Below are positions 25,885-37,600 of a stretch of DNA of 63,043 nt, in pieces. This stretch comes from a virus. Lineage: Duplodnaviria; Caudoviricetes. Below the pieces are notes generated by a model, which was not told where the DNA came from, searched no databases, and saw nothing but the letters and a program-made list of their open reading frames with translations. A program made the position numbers and the translations under genes. Where the stretch lies: positions 1-63,043 of IMG/VR virus record IMGVR_UViG_3300036945_000174; one strand, given 5' to 3'. Every line of letters starts with the position of its first letter. The stretch's first letter is position 1.

Positions 25885-27100
25885 AGATTATCAGGTAGAC
25901 ATAGCAAATAAGGCTATTAAGATTTTAAAAGTAAACAAAATTGTTTATTTAGCAGCAGAGGTTCGTTGTGGCAAGACGCTTATGGCGCTTGAAACTGCTA
26001 AGTTATTCGGGGCTAACAAGGTGTTATTCCTTACTAAGAAAAAAGCAATTAGTTCTATCGTTGGAGACTATAATGACTTCAATTATGCACAGCACTTTTC
26101 TTTAGAGGTAATGAATGATGAGTCCATGCACAAACTTATAGGTGATTACGACCTTGTAGTGCACGACGAGAGCCATAGGTTTGGATCATTCCCTAAGCCA
26201 GGTGTTGGAGCTAAGACATTCAAGAAGATGTTTGCTAGTCTACCAATGATATTCCTAAGCGGAACCATGAGTCCTGAGAGTTATAGTCAGTTGTACCATC
26301 AGTTCTGGGTTTCTAACGCATCACCGTTTAGGAAGTATACTAACTTCTATAAATGGGCTAATGACTTCGTAAAGATTAAGAAAAAGTATTTAGGATCGCA
26401 TGAGGTTAACGACTACTCAGATGCCGACAGAGAAAAAGTGATGAGTGTGATAAAAGATTACGTCATCACCTTTACACAGGAGCAGGCCGGATTTAGTTCT
26501 GAAATCGAGGAGGAGATACTTTATGTATTGATGAGTCCGCTAACATACAGCATGTGTAGTCGATTAAAAAAGGATTTGGTAGTCGAAGGTAAGGAGGAAG
26601 TTATTTTAACTGATACACCAGTTAAATTACAGCAGAAGCTACACCAGATGTACTCAGGTACGGTTAAGTTCGAGTCTGGTAACTCCATGGTGTTTGATAC
26701 CTCTAAGGCTGGGTTTATAAAAAATAGGTTTTATGGTAACAAGATAGGTATATTCTATAAGTTTAAGGCAGAGTTAGACGCACTAAAGGAAGTATTCAAG
26801 GATAAATTGACAACTGACATCGACGAGTTTAACGAAACTGACAAGTCTATAGCGTTACAGATCGTATCGGGACGTGAGGGGATTAGTCTTAGAAACGCTG
26901 AGTATTTAGTGTTCTACAATATCGACTTCTCTGCAACCAGCTACTGGCAGGCACGTGATAGGATGACCACTATGGACCGAAAGTTTAATAAAGTCTACTG
27001 GATATTTGCTCAGGGCGGTATAGAGTCGCATGTGTATAAACAAGTACTTAACAAAAAGAACTTTACGTTATCACATTTTAAGGCTGTAGCCTTAAAGTAG
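25868..27100 (+). CDS. Superfamily 2 (SNF2-like) helicase
   Basis: LRDYQ, GKT, DESH, LSGT, GREGISL, QARDR. Confidence 0.88.
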   Translation: MEKKLRDYQVDIANKAIKILKVNKIVYLAAEVRCGKTLMALETAKLFGANKVLFLTKKKAISSIVGDYNDFNYAQHFSLEVMNDESMHKLIGDYDLVVHDESHRFGSFPKPGVGAKTFKKMFASLPMIFLSGTMSPESYSQLYHQFWVSNASPFRKYTNFYKWANDFVKIKKKYLGSHEVNDYSDADREKVMSVIKDYVITFTQEQAGFSSEIEEEILYVLMSPLTYSMCSRLKKDLVVEGKEEVILTDTPVKLQQKLHQMYSGTVKFESGNSMVFDTSKAGFIKNRFYGNKIGIFYKFKAELDALKEVFKDKLTTDIDEFNETDKSIALQIVSGREGISLRNAEYLVFYNIDFSATSYWQARDRMTTMDRKFNKVYWIFAQGGIESHVYKQVLNKKNFTLSHFKAVALK

Positions 27101-27133
27101 TTACGGTAACGTAAGGTTATAACCTTAAAAATT

Positions 27134-27355
27134 ATGACAGAAAAAGAAAAAGCAAAAGAATTAATTGATAAGTTTGCTCCTTATTGCAATTTTAAAAGTC
27201 ATTATGATGATTCTATAGATATGGACATGCGTTTAAGATACGCTAAACAATGTGCATTAATAGCAGTTGATTTAGTATTAGATAATTTAGAAGACCATAC
27301 AGGAGAAGATATTAAGTATTGGCAAGAAGTTAAACAAGAAATAGAAAACTTATGA
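27134..27355 (+). CDS. Hypothetical phage protein
   Basis: KEKAKELI...AKQCALIAVD...YWQEVKQEIE; AT-rich. Confidence 0.7.
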   Translation: MTEKEKAKELIDKFAPYCNFKSHYDDSIDMDMRLRYAKQCALIAVDLVLDNLEDHTGEDIKYWQEVKQEIENL

Positions 27356-27555
27356 AGTATTTAGTTATAATTGCACTATACGAACTAATAAGATCAAAAC
27401 TGATTTGGCTATGGTATTACTTAATAAATAAAGGTAAATAATGAGGCCACTACACAAATTTAATAACTGCGACGGAGCCACTCTGTGCAACAACTGTAGA
27501 GCTATAATTAATTTAGGATTCACTGACACATTATACTGTAATAAATGTAAAGGGT

Positions 27556-27810
27556 ATGGCAAGCAAGCATCAAGCGAAAGTAAAGAAGAAGTACGAGAAC
27601 GAGGGCTGGATAGTGATAAACACGATAAAGCTTAGCGTTAGTGGTTATCCAGATCTGTTCTGCTTCAAGGACGGAAGAACTATTTTTATAGAGTGCAAGG
27701 AGGGTGGAGACACGCTAAAGCCACTACAGAAGTTTAGAATAGATGAATTAATTAAACAAGGTTTTGAGGCGTTCTGCCTACACGACACTAAAGGAAAGAT
27801 ATACCCATGA
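27556..27810 (+). CDS. VRR-NUC domain nuclease
   Basis: GYPDL...FIECK...LKPLQ. Confidence 0.85.
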   Translation: MASKHQAKVKKKYENEGWIVINTIKLSVSGYPDLFCFKDGRTIFIECKEGGDTLKPLQKFRIDELIKQGFEAFCLHDTKGKIYP

Positions 27811-28253
27811 AAAATAAACTAACACAACAAGAGATTACAGATATATCTTCAAAAGTTAAGAAGTATGTTATGTTTGAGTTTAATTTAGACTTAAATTCAA
27901 AGAGCAGGAAGATGGAGTACATAGACGCTAGATCAATATACTATAAGATACTATACGACTTTTATAGTATGACGTACGAAGAGATAGCATCTACTGTTGA
28001 TAAGACGCACGCTACAGTACTCGGATCGGTGTATAACTTTAGGTACCATATAGAGCCTGACAATATTAAAAGACAGAAGTACTTAAAGATACTTCTAGCT
28101 CTTAATCTGATATCAGAAGATGAGAAGGAGTATATGAACTTATCAAATAAAAATGCGAAGCTATCTAAACTTTATAAGATAGTAAGCAGAGTTCCAGAGG
28201 ATAAGGTTGACTTTTTTTACGAAAAGATACACACATTGTTAGAATATTGCTAA
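27807..28253 (+). CDS. DnaA C-terminal-like HTH DNA-binding protein
   Basis: KSRKMEYIDAR...YEEIA...KTHATVL. Confidence 0.7.
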   Translation: MKNKLTQQEITDISSKVKKYVMFEFNLDLNSKSRKMEYIDARSIYYKILYDFYSMTYEEIASTVDKTHATVLGSVYNFRYHIEPDNIKRQKYLKILLALNLISEDEKEYMNLSNKNAKLSKLYKIVSRVPEDKVDFFYEKIHTLLEYC

Positions 28254-28272
28254 TAAATGTTAGTAAGTTATT

Positions 28273-28280
28273 TACATTTG
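28273..28280 (+). promoter_or_regulatory. Bacteroidota -7 promoter box (TACATTTG)
   Basis: Intergenic consensus match. Confidence 0.55.
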
Positions 28281-28450
28281 CTTAAATATATAAGATAATT
28301 TTACAAACAAAAACATGAAAAATATTGAACAGATTATCAAGGACATAAACGATCAAACAGATGCGCTGTATGAAGGAATGTGTGATTCAGAAAAACAAGA
28401 GGTACTTGACGCCATAAATGAATTAAGAAAAATTTTAACTTATATCGAAC

Positions 28451-28876
28451 ATGAAAACAATTAAAAAAGGACAACAGTACAGATGTATTAAGGATTATAT
28501 AATGGATGACGGCACACTAGCGTATAAATCTGGATGGACGTATGAAGCCACAGGTAAAAATATACTACCTTCTTTGTTTGATCCAACACATCAGATGGAT
28601 AAGTCAGATGATTTTAAAGATCACTTCAAGAGAGTAAAAAACAACCCAGAGGCTTATATACAGAACATTCCTGTAATATTTGATACCGTAAAGGTAGACT
28701 CTGTTGTTGAGTCGGTTATAAAAAAATTTAAGAGTAGATCTGATGTGGGAATCAAAAAGTATGGTACCACACTAGCGGGAAATGATAAATTAACAACGCT
28801 ACAATGGATAGATGAGGCTCAAGCTGAAGCTATGGATTTCTGTTTGTATTTGGAACGTCTTAAAAAAGAATTTTAA
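28451..28876 (+). CDS. Two-domain phage protein; C-terminal all-alpha domain possibly nucleotide-related
   Basis: RSDVGIKKYGTTL...W..EAQ.E.MD...YLE. Confidence 0.55.
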   Translation: MKTIKKGQQYRCIKDYIMDDGTLAYKSGWTYEATGKNILPSLFDPTHQMDKSDDFKDHFKRVKNNPEAYIQNIPVIFDTVKVDSVVESVIKKFKSRSDVGIKKYGTTLAGNDKLTTLQWIDEAQAEAMDFCLYLERLKKEF

Positions 28877-29592
28877 TGAACAATAGAAAGGTATATATTT
28901 ACAAAATAACTAATCCTGAAGGTAAAGTATATATTGGATCGACTGTTAATATTAAAGACAGAAAGTATAGATATAAAACAGCTAGGGTTAAAAGCCAAGT
29001 AAAAGTATATAACTCTATATTAAAATATGGTTTTGACAATCACAATTTTGAAATTATATTTGAATGTGATGAATCAAATAGAAATATCTACGAATCATTT
29101 TATGGAGAAAAGTTTGATGTTATAGGAGATAACGGATTAAACTTATCACTTCCAGCTTCAGGTGAATCTTATCCAGCTATGTCTTCAGAAACAAAAGCAA
29201 AAATAGGACTGGCACATAAAGGTAAGAAAATATCAGAATCTCAAAAACTATCTATTTCTAATAGTTCTAAAAAATATTTAGAAAATAATCCTCATCCTAT
29301 GTTAAATAAAACTCCTTGGAATAAAGGAAAGTCCTTTCTAAAAGGAGAATTAAATCCGATGTATGGTGTTAAAAGAAGTTTAGAATGGAAGATAAATCAC
29401 AGCTTATTAACAAAATCAATAGCTAAAAAAGGAGTTGATCATTTTAATTCTAAAATAGTATTAGATACTTACTTAGGTATTTTTTATTATAGCTGTAAGG
29501 AAGTTTCTGAATGCTACAATATAAAATACAGTACTTTAAAAGGAAAGCTTAATGGAACATCAAAAAACAATACTAACTTTAAATACGTATAG
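28876..29592 (+). CDS. GIY-YIG homing endonuclease with NUMOD3-type motifs
   Basis: YIYKITNP.GKVYIGST...R; SSETKAKIG..HKGKK, PWNKG, NPMYG. Confidence 0.9.
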   Translation: MNNRKVYIYKITNPEGKVYIGSTVNIKDRKYRYKTARVKSQVKVYNSILKYGFDNHNFEIIFECDESNRNIYESFYGEKFDVIGDNGLNLSLPASGESYPAMSSETKAKIGLAHKGKKISESQKLSISNSSKKYLENNPHPMLNKTPWNKGKSFLKGELNPMYGVKRSLEWKINHSLLTKSIAKKGVDHFNSKIVLDTYLGIFYYSCKEVSECYNIKYSTLKGKLNGTSKNNTNFKYV

Positions 29593-29594
29593 GT

Positions 29595-29810
29595 ATGGCA
29601 GATATAACGATGTGTAAACCGAAATACTGCGATCTATATAGCAGTTGTTATAGGTATATAACAGAACCGCACTCTATTATGCAGTCATATTTTATTGAAG
29701 AGCCTTACGATAAAAAAACTAAAACATGTGATTACTATTATGAAACAAAGTCCACTACAAAGAATATACAGGGTGATGAGCTATTACTACAAGATGGGCC
29801 ACAACTCTGA
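29595..29810 (+). CDS. Small Cys-rich protein
   Basis: MADITMC...C...CYRY...QSYF. Confidence 0.6.
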   Translation: MADITMCKPKYCDLYSSCYRYITEPHSIMQSYFIEEPYDKKTKTCDYYYETKSTTKNIQGDELLLQDGPQL

Positions 29811-29851
29811 AAGAGTAAATAAAGTTTATAAAAACATTTTAAATAAAAAAT

Positions 29852-31051
29852 ATGGCAAAGAACAAGTATCCTAAAGAAATGCAGGACATGGTCAATGAAC
29901 TTGTAACTAACGGAATGTCAGTTACTAAGTCGGTAAAGAGGGCATGCGCTACTTTTGGTGTAGAGTTTACTGACGGAGTGAGGCGTACGTTTCATGACGT
30001 GGTAAATAAATCCGACACTAATCAGTACAAGAACGAGGTGCAACTATCAGCTATGAAGCCTGACGGAACTGTAATGAATATTGAGGAGTACTGCGTTCAC
30101 TACGGTATACCATTTGAACAAGCTAGGACGTATAAGTTAGTTACACATACTGGGACTCCGTACTATAATATAGCTAGTAATATTTTAAAGGCTGACGATA
30201 TTAGTAAGTTTTTTGATGATCTTCTTAAGGACTTATCAGAGCTTCCTAATAAACCAAAGACAATTGTAAGACAGCGTCCAGTAGATAATGAAACTTATTT
30301 ATTAGTAGTTGACCCAGCTGACTGTCATATTGGTAAGTTGTCCATGAGCTTCGAGACTGGAGAAGATTACAACAATCAGATCGCTGTTAAAAGAGTTAAG
30401 GAAGGTGTAGATGGTATTATAGAGAAGACTAAAGGATTTAATATCGATAAAGTATTATTTATTGGAGGTAATGATATTCTACATATCGATACACCTAAGA
30501 GAACAACTACATCTGGAACTCCACAGGACACTGACGGTATGTGGTATAACAACTTCTTAATCGCAAAGGAACTTTACATAGATGTACTTACTAGGCTTAT
30601 AGAGGTTGCTGATGTTCACTTTGTTTTCAACCCATCAAACCACGACTTTACACATGGATTCTTTTTAGCTAATGTTATTGAGACATACTTTAAGGACTGT
30701 AATAACATTACATTTGACTGTGATATTAAGCATAGAAAGTACTTCAGGTACTACGAAAACTTAATAGGAACAAGTCATGGTGATGGAGCTAAGACTCAGG
30801 ATCTACCGCTACTTATGGCTCAGGAAAGTCCAGAGTGGAGTAGCACTAAGCATAGATACGTTTATACTCATCACGTGCACCACAAGACGTCTAAAGACTT
30901 TATTGGAGTTACAGTTGAGAGTATGAGGAGCCCAAGTAGTGCAGATGGTTGGCACTCTAGAAACGGATACCAGCATGCACCAAAGGCTATTGAAGGATTT
31001 CTACATTCTAAAACTCACGGGCAGATTGCTCGTATAGTACACGTGTTCTAA
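29852..31051 (+). CDS. Calcineurin-like metallophosphoesterase with N-terminal extension
   Basis: DCHIG, GNDILH, SNHD, SHGD, HHVHH. Confidence 0.85.
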   Translation: MAKNKYPKEMQDMVNELVTNGMSVTKSVKRACATFGVEFTDGVRRTFHDVVNKSDTNQYKNEVQLSAMKPDGTVMNIEEYCVHYGIPFEQARTYKLVTHTGTPYYNIASNILKADDISKFFDDLLKDLSELPNKPKTIVRQRPVDNETYLLVVDPADCHIGKLSMSFETGEDYNNQIAVKRVKEGVDGIIEKTKGFNIDKVLFIGGNDILHIDTPKRTTTSGTPQDTDGMWYNNFLIAKELYIDVLTRLIEVADVHFVFNPSNHDFTHGFFLANVIETYFKDCNNITFDCDIKHRKYFRYYENLIGTSHGDGAKTQDLPLLMAQESPEWSSTKHRYVYTHHVHHKTSKDFIGVTVESMRSPSSADGWHSRNGYQHAPKAIEGFLHSKTHGQIARIVHVF

Positions 31052-31052
31052 C

Positions 31053-31271
31053 ATGAGAGTTGGTCTTAATAAAAAATTGAGAAAAAGATTTATGGTAGAC
31101 TACCTTGATGACAGGGTAGTACTACTAGATCTTAATACATTCAATGTGCACTATGCTACATGTACAAGGGACGCGCTTTACCTTATGTTAATTCAAACTA
31201 ACGACAAGGAATCATTAAAAAAAATAATTAAAAAAAAGAACTGGACAGCCAGTCATTTAAGAAGGACATGA
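31053..31271 (+). CDS. Hypothetical protein
   Basis: 72-aa ORF. Confidence 0.5.
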   Translation: MRVGLNKKLRKRFMVDYLDDRVVLLDLNTFNVHYATCTRDALYLMLIQTNDKESLKKIIKKKNWTASHLRRT

Positions 31272-31585
31272 AACAAACATATAGATTATTAGAAACACAG
31301 ATTGAGGAGTGGGCAGAAGAAAAGGGTATACTTAAAAACGGTACCACAATGAAGCAAGCAGAGAAGACGCACGAAGAAGTTCTAGAACTAATCTCTGCTA
31401 TTGATGAAGATAATAGAGAAGAAATAATAGATGCTTTAGGTGATGTCTTTGTCACACTCATCATTCAGGCTAAGATGCAAAACCTTGACCTACTAGAATG
31501 CTTACAATCAGCTTATGACGTGATTAGTAAAAGATCAGGAGTCATGAAGAATGGAATGTTTGTAAAAGAGAAAGCCACTAATTAG
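31268..31585 (+). CDS. MazG-like nucleotide pyrophosphohydrolase
   Basis: EEVLEL...IDALGD...CLQSAYDVISKR.G. Confidence 0.88.
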   Translation: MKQTYRLLETQIEEWAEEKGILKNGTTMKQAEKTHEEVLELISAIDEDNREEIIDALGDVFVTLIIQAKMQNLDLLECLQSAYDVISKRSGVMKNGMFVKEKATN

Positions 31586-31601
31586 TGGCTTTTCTATTTT
31601 T
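31564..31601. terminator. Bidirectional terminator at the convergence of the two transcription blocks
   Basis: Perfect palindrome AAAGCCACTAATTAGTGGCTTT (31571-31592) flanked by A and T tracts. Confidence 0.75.
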
Positions 31602-34600
31602 ATACTTATTGTAGTAGATATCTAAAGCTTTTCTACTTATAGGTCTCTCAGATCTTTTAGATATTTCTTCTAATTCTTTTCGTTCTTCTTCATCAAAACT
31701 ATTTCCGTATCTTTCGTTAAGTTTCATTGCTTGAACTTCTGGAACGTCTTCAAATATAATATCTAAAACTTCTCTATCTGATCCCATATTATTAATATAC
31801 GCCTTATATTTTTTAGCGTATTTCTCTCTATCTATAGGATCAAAGTTGGATTCTATTATCTTTTTAAATCCATTTCTATCAAGTTTATTACCAGAACTGT
31901 ATACTTCTTTTATTTCGTCATATACTTTTTGCTCCTTTTTCCAGATCTCAGTTTCTATTACTGCTTCTTTATATTCAAGTTCGTCTTGTTTTTTGTAGTT
32001 AATAATATTTTTATCAGTATATCTAACGACCTTCTTACCAAAAGCATCAACTACAGTAGACATTGCGCTAGAAACTTCCTTGCCAAAACCGTCCTTTTTA
32101 TGAAATAAACCATCCCAAGCTGAATACATAAGAGGGATAGCAGGATTGGTTGTTTCGGCAGTTATTATTTTTTCTGCCGCAACTTTAGATTTAGCAGGTG
32201 ATAATCCTGTTAATCTACCAAGATCTATATATATCTGATTTGTTTTATTATCAACTTCAGCTTCTGGTAGTATTTTTTTACCTCTAGGTTCTCTAAATAT
32301 TTTCTCTCCGGTAAATGTATCTTTATTTGCCCAATAACTTATAAGAGCTCCAGCTGTAGGGTTTCTACCTAACCATTCTTGAACATCTATAGGGAAAGGT
32401 ATTGATTTTAACGCTGATTGCTTTACTGGATCAGAGTCAAATTCATAATCAACTCCTTTACTATTGAGGAAAGACTTTAATAAAGCCTCTTCACTAGCTG
32501 TGCTTAAAATAGAGAATACAGGTATCTTTTTTATTCTATAATACTCATACTCTCCGTCTTTGTTTTTATTTCCAGTAAAAAATATATGGTAATTAGCTTT
32601 CTCGTAATTACTCACAGACTGCCAAGCTCTAATCATTTCTTTTAAAGATTTTTCATCATCTTCATCATCATTTCTTATACCCATCAATAGCATAGCAAAT
32701 GAAGTTGCAGACAATGCGCCACTCATTGCGGTATATTGAACTATATTTCTTGCAAATCTTCTAGGGTTTTTCGCGGCAAAAACAGCAAATTTTCTAATAC
32801 CCTGTAGACCTGCATTTAAGTATGGCATTAATACATTTGCAGTCTTAGCTAAATCACCTCCCTGATCAAAAGGCATAGTCTCTCTAGATTCTCTTGCGGC
32901 ATCCCACATTATATCGTCTAGTTCTTGACTATTAGGAGTTCTTCCGTTTTGTTTTTCAAATTCCTTTATTAGTTTTTCTTTATACTTGTCGTATACAGCT
33001 AATCTAAATGCGGTTTCTGAAGTATTACCTAAATACGAAAGAAAGTTACCGGTAGCTAACAATCCTTTTTTAACTCCTTTAACTAATTTATTAGTTGTAT
33101 TTCTTGATTCAAGAGCTTGTAATCCATCTCTAGACATTTGGTCTAAAGCTCCTCCGTGAGACAAATATTCTTTATATGTAGAATTATACGTATCATTAAG
33201 TACTGCTTTTTTAACAAAGTTCTTTATAAAGTCTCTAGCTATTTGAACGGTAGCTAAAGGTAAGAATCCAGAATATACATCGGTATTGTATAATACGTTT
33301 TGAAAATCATTAGCTACGTTTCCAAAAATAAATAACGGGTTACCTCCAGTCGCAAAAAACCTAAGTATGCCAGTACCAGATGCAGTACCCAAAATTTCTA
33401 AAGCTCTGTATTTTGTTTTAACGTCTAATAATTGATTAGCATAATTCTTATCTATTATTATATCTTTTTTATTACCATTTTCAAAAAACGAAATTTTTCT
33501 GAATCCATTAGGTAAATCTACAGTGTCATACTTATATTTTAAAGACCCGTCTTTTTTCTTTCCTATTACTGGATTTTCAACAATATAATCAGAAATACTA
33601 TCTTTTTCTTCTTTAGAAAGACTTTCAAATGCTTTATTAAACTCATTTAGCATTTTGTTTTCAAACGCTCTAGTTTTATTGGCATTAATTGTTGTAGCCA
33701 ACAACCATTTAGAGTCCATAATAATAGCATTATCATTTTCGTCTCCAAGTTTCATTATGTCTTTTTTAGCCATACCAAATCTCTTGGCTTCACTATCTAT
33801 CTCTTCAGTAGATGTGTTAGGTGACAATATGTATTTAATTGTTTTAATTGGAGAGTACTCATCGTTTTTAAATGCATCATAAGTTTCTTTTGATATTCTT
33901 CCAGAATCGTAAAGATCTCTAAGTGATTTTCTGTACTCATTAAAATACTCAGAAGCTCTATTGTTTAAATCTTCAAACTTTTTATCTCCCAATTCAGATT
34001 TAATTTTATCTAAATCATTATTTGCGTCTTCTAAAGAATATCCTTTCATACCTTTGTATAAAGGCCTTCCTTCTTTTACTCTTTTTTCATTAATCGACTT
34101 TATCCTTTTAGCGTAAATTATTTTATCCAAATAAGCAAGATCTGATTTTTTTAATCCTCCGTATATTCTTTTAGCAGCTTCTTTAAATTCGAAAGATGCA
34201 TATCCAGAAGCTCCAGACTTAGTAACTAATCTATTATATGCATTCTTGGCGTAAGTATTTCCAAAAGACAACATAAGGTCTTTTATATTTTTTTGTCTAT
34301 CAAATATTCTTCTGTACACATCATTAAGTAATTCTTTGTAGCCTCTAGTTTTTTCTAGATCACGAATAGCTTTATTACTTTCTTCGTAAATCTCATCTAC
34401 AGAAGGTCTATTAGCTTGCTTTCTACTCAAGACACTTTCTCCTAATCCTCCTACAGTATTAAAATAACCAAGAGCTCTAGATTTAGTATCGAAGTTTCCT
34501 TCTTCTACCATTAAATTAGCTAGTCTATTAAGAGTAACTCCATTATCTAATAAATATTGAGTAGCTTCATTGTTAGCAGGAGCATCTTCTTTTATAGAAT

Positions 34601-37600
34601 TAACATAATCATCCAGAACTTCAACCACAAAGCTATCTTTAAATTTCATTCTTAAAGACCTTCTTAATAAGTTTATTTCCTTATCATTTAATTCTCTATT
34701 AAATTCAGATACAGATTGCTTTCTATCCTTCAGCATTGTGTCAGAATCAGATATAACTACTTGCTCTTCCTTTGGCTTATCAGCTGTTTCAGATATTGGA
34801 GTAGCTTTTCTTTCTTCAGCAGTCATATTAGCTCTCTTCTCAACATTGAAAGCTTCTACCTCACCAGCAATAGATCTGTAAAGTTCTTCATCACTTTTAC
34901 TAACTAACTTAGAAAGTTTATCAAGATCTTCTTTTACACTTCCTGGATTTGGTTTAAACAAAGAGTTTTTAATGTTATTAAGAACCTTTCTAACACTAAA
35001 ATTTTTCTCGTACTTAATTCTAGCGTTGTATAAATCTTTAATTGTCTGAGAATTTCCTCCCACAGCAAAACCTTCTTCGTGTTGAATAAAATGTTGAACC
35101 TCATGTAGTAATGTAGATTTAGCTTCACTATCTGATAGACTATTAGATAGCATTATACGATTCTTACTTGGAATGTACATACCTTCAAACTTGTCACTGT
35201 TCATAAAAACAATGTCGATATTTTTAGCTTTAGGATACGCCTTAAATAGCTCAGGATAGTTTATAACTTCCGAAGCCTTACCATTTTTTTTGTTTTTAAA
35301 TTCAACAACACCTTCCTGTAAGTCATACTTCCATTTATTATCAGCTCCTTTTTCCCACCCAGTAGCAATGAATATATCTTCAGCTGATTTATTAGCAGCC
35401 TCCATTTCTTTTGCAGTGTCTAGATTGTTTTGAACCAACTTATCCTTAACGGATTTCTCACCTATAATTTGTTTTCTACCAGGGACATTAAACTCTGCAA
35501 CTTTAGGTATAGCTCCAGCACTACTAGTTACATTCTTTTTATCAAAATCAATATCTTCTGATTTTATAGATGTATTTTCTCCGTTTATATTATACTTTAC
35601 ATAAGAATCAGTAATATCATAAGATTTGTAAAACTCAGTAGGTTGGTATATACCGTTAATTTTCGCTAACAATGAATATCCAAAAGACGGGTGATGATCT
35701 ATATCACTTGGTTTTGTTTTAACTATCTCAAATGTAGAAGGATCAAAATCTACTATACCTATAATTTCACCTCCAGAAACTCCATTATTCAATGGATCCA
35801 TTATTCTATTATAAAATTCCTCTTTGTTTTTAATTCCTATAGCTGATTGAAATTTCTTATTAGAAGCTATGCTATTATTAAGAGCCTTTCTTAAATCAGG
35901 AGAAAGATTATTTTTAATATCTAGTAATTCTACTATTTTTTTAGGATCAGATTCAAAAGAGCTAAAATCATTTATTTTTTCTCCATACTTTTCTGAAAAT
36001 TTAGAGAATTTATCTTTAAGGGCTTCACTTCCTTTTATAGAATTATTAAAGGTATCTATTAATTCTTTATTTGTAAGTATGTTTTTATCTAAAATTAAAT
36101 CTACAAGTTCAGCAAATGTATGTTGTTGGAATTGCCACGATTGAGACTTAGTTCCTGAATGCGGAGCAAATAATTTAGCTCCTGATTTTTCAGCATTTCT
36201 AATAAATGTTTCAGCTTGAGCGTTTGTATTAAATGCTGCTAAGTTAGAAACATCTCCAATCTTTTTACCGTTAAGTTCCATCATATAAGGAACATATCCT
36301 TTACCTCCAAATAAATTTATATTATATCCATTGCCAAGATCAGTTTGACCAGCATTGGTATAGTCATACATATTAGTTATGAATTTACTTCCATTAAACT
36401 CTCTAATATCTATATCTTCAACAAATTTATTGATAAAATTCCTTGGATCGTCTTTTGCTTTTGGAGCTTTAACTGCATTTTGCTGTCTTGATATTTTAAA
36501 TATACCTACAAATCCTCCAGCACCTTCCTGATTAAATAGCTTAACATCTTCATTAGTAATAACCTCACCGCTAGCAACCTTACCGGATAAAGTATTCATA
36601 AAGTCAATAACTTCCTTATCGGTAAATTCTTTTATACCTACTAACTTAGCTAATTGATCTAACCATTCTTTGATTATGTTTTTAGCTGGTTGACTAAGAC
36701 TAGGAAAATTATCAGCTAAATAGCCAACAAGCTCTGCTAGTTTTTCTTCATCCCACAATTCTTTTTGTGAGTCATATCCGTTTTCTACAAAGTCCTGCAA
36801 TTTAGCCTTCATATCTGGAGGTAAAACTTTTTCAATAGCAGTAATCATTGCAGCAGTAACTCTTTGAGCAGCAGGATCAGATTTAACCATGTTCAAAAGA
36901 ACAGCATGGAAAACTTCATGCGCTACAGTTCTATTGTTAGCTCTATTTGGGTTAATATGTATTTTACCACCTACAAAAGCACCTCCGCTATTTTCATCTT
37001 TACCTTCGTTTATTGCGGCTTTATATTCTGCTTCTGTATTGTAAAGAATTATACCTGTGCCAGGAAGTATTTTTGACAAAGCAGTTTTAGCTTTTTGAAC
37101 TAAATCAGACAATTTATTTGTCTTTTCACTCTCATCAATAACTTCTTGTACAGTTACAGGACTTTCTTTTAAAGACTTAGCTTGATTAACAAATCCATCT
37201 CTATAAGCTATAGCATCATCATATCCAGTTTCTGGATCTTTAAATGTTTTTTCTTCAATATCTAATTCGTTATTAGGGTCATAAACCATAGCCACTACAT
37301 CAGGAGTACCATGCTTTTCTTTATTCCATCCTTCTGGAGCGTACTGCTCGTTAAATGGAGTTCTTGAAACTACTCTAAAACCAGCCTTCTCATATTGCTT
37401 AGTAAGGTATCCATCAAAGTTATCTAACTTAATACCTCCAGCCTCTATAGCTTTATTTAGCAAGTTTTGAGCTACGCCTTTTGCTTTAGAAGTTAATTTC
37501 TTAAACACTCCAGCTATATCTCCATCAGGTTTAACTAGCGCAGATCCATCTTCAGTGTCTATAATAGTTCCTTTAGCAGCATCCTCAGGAGATACTTCAC

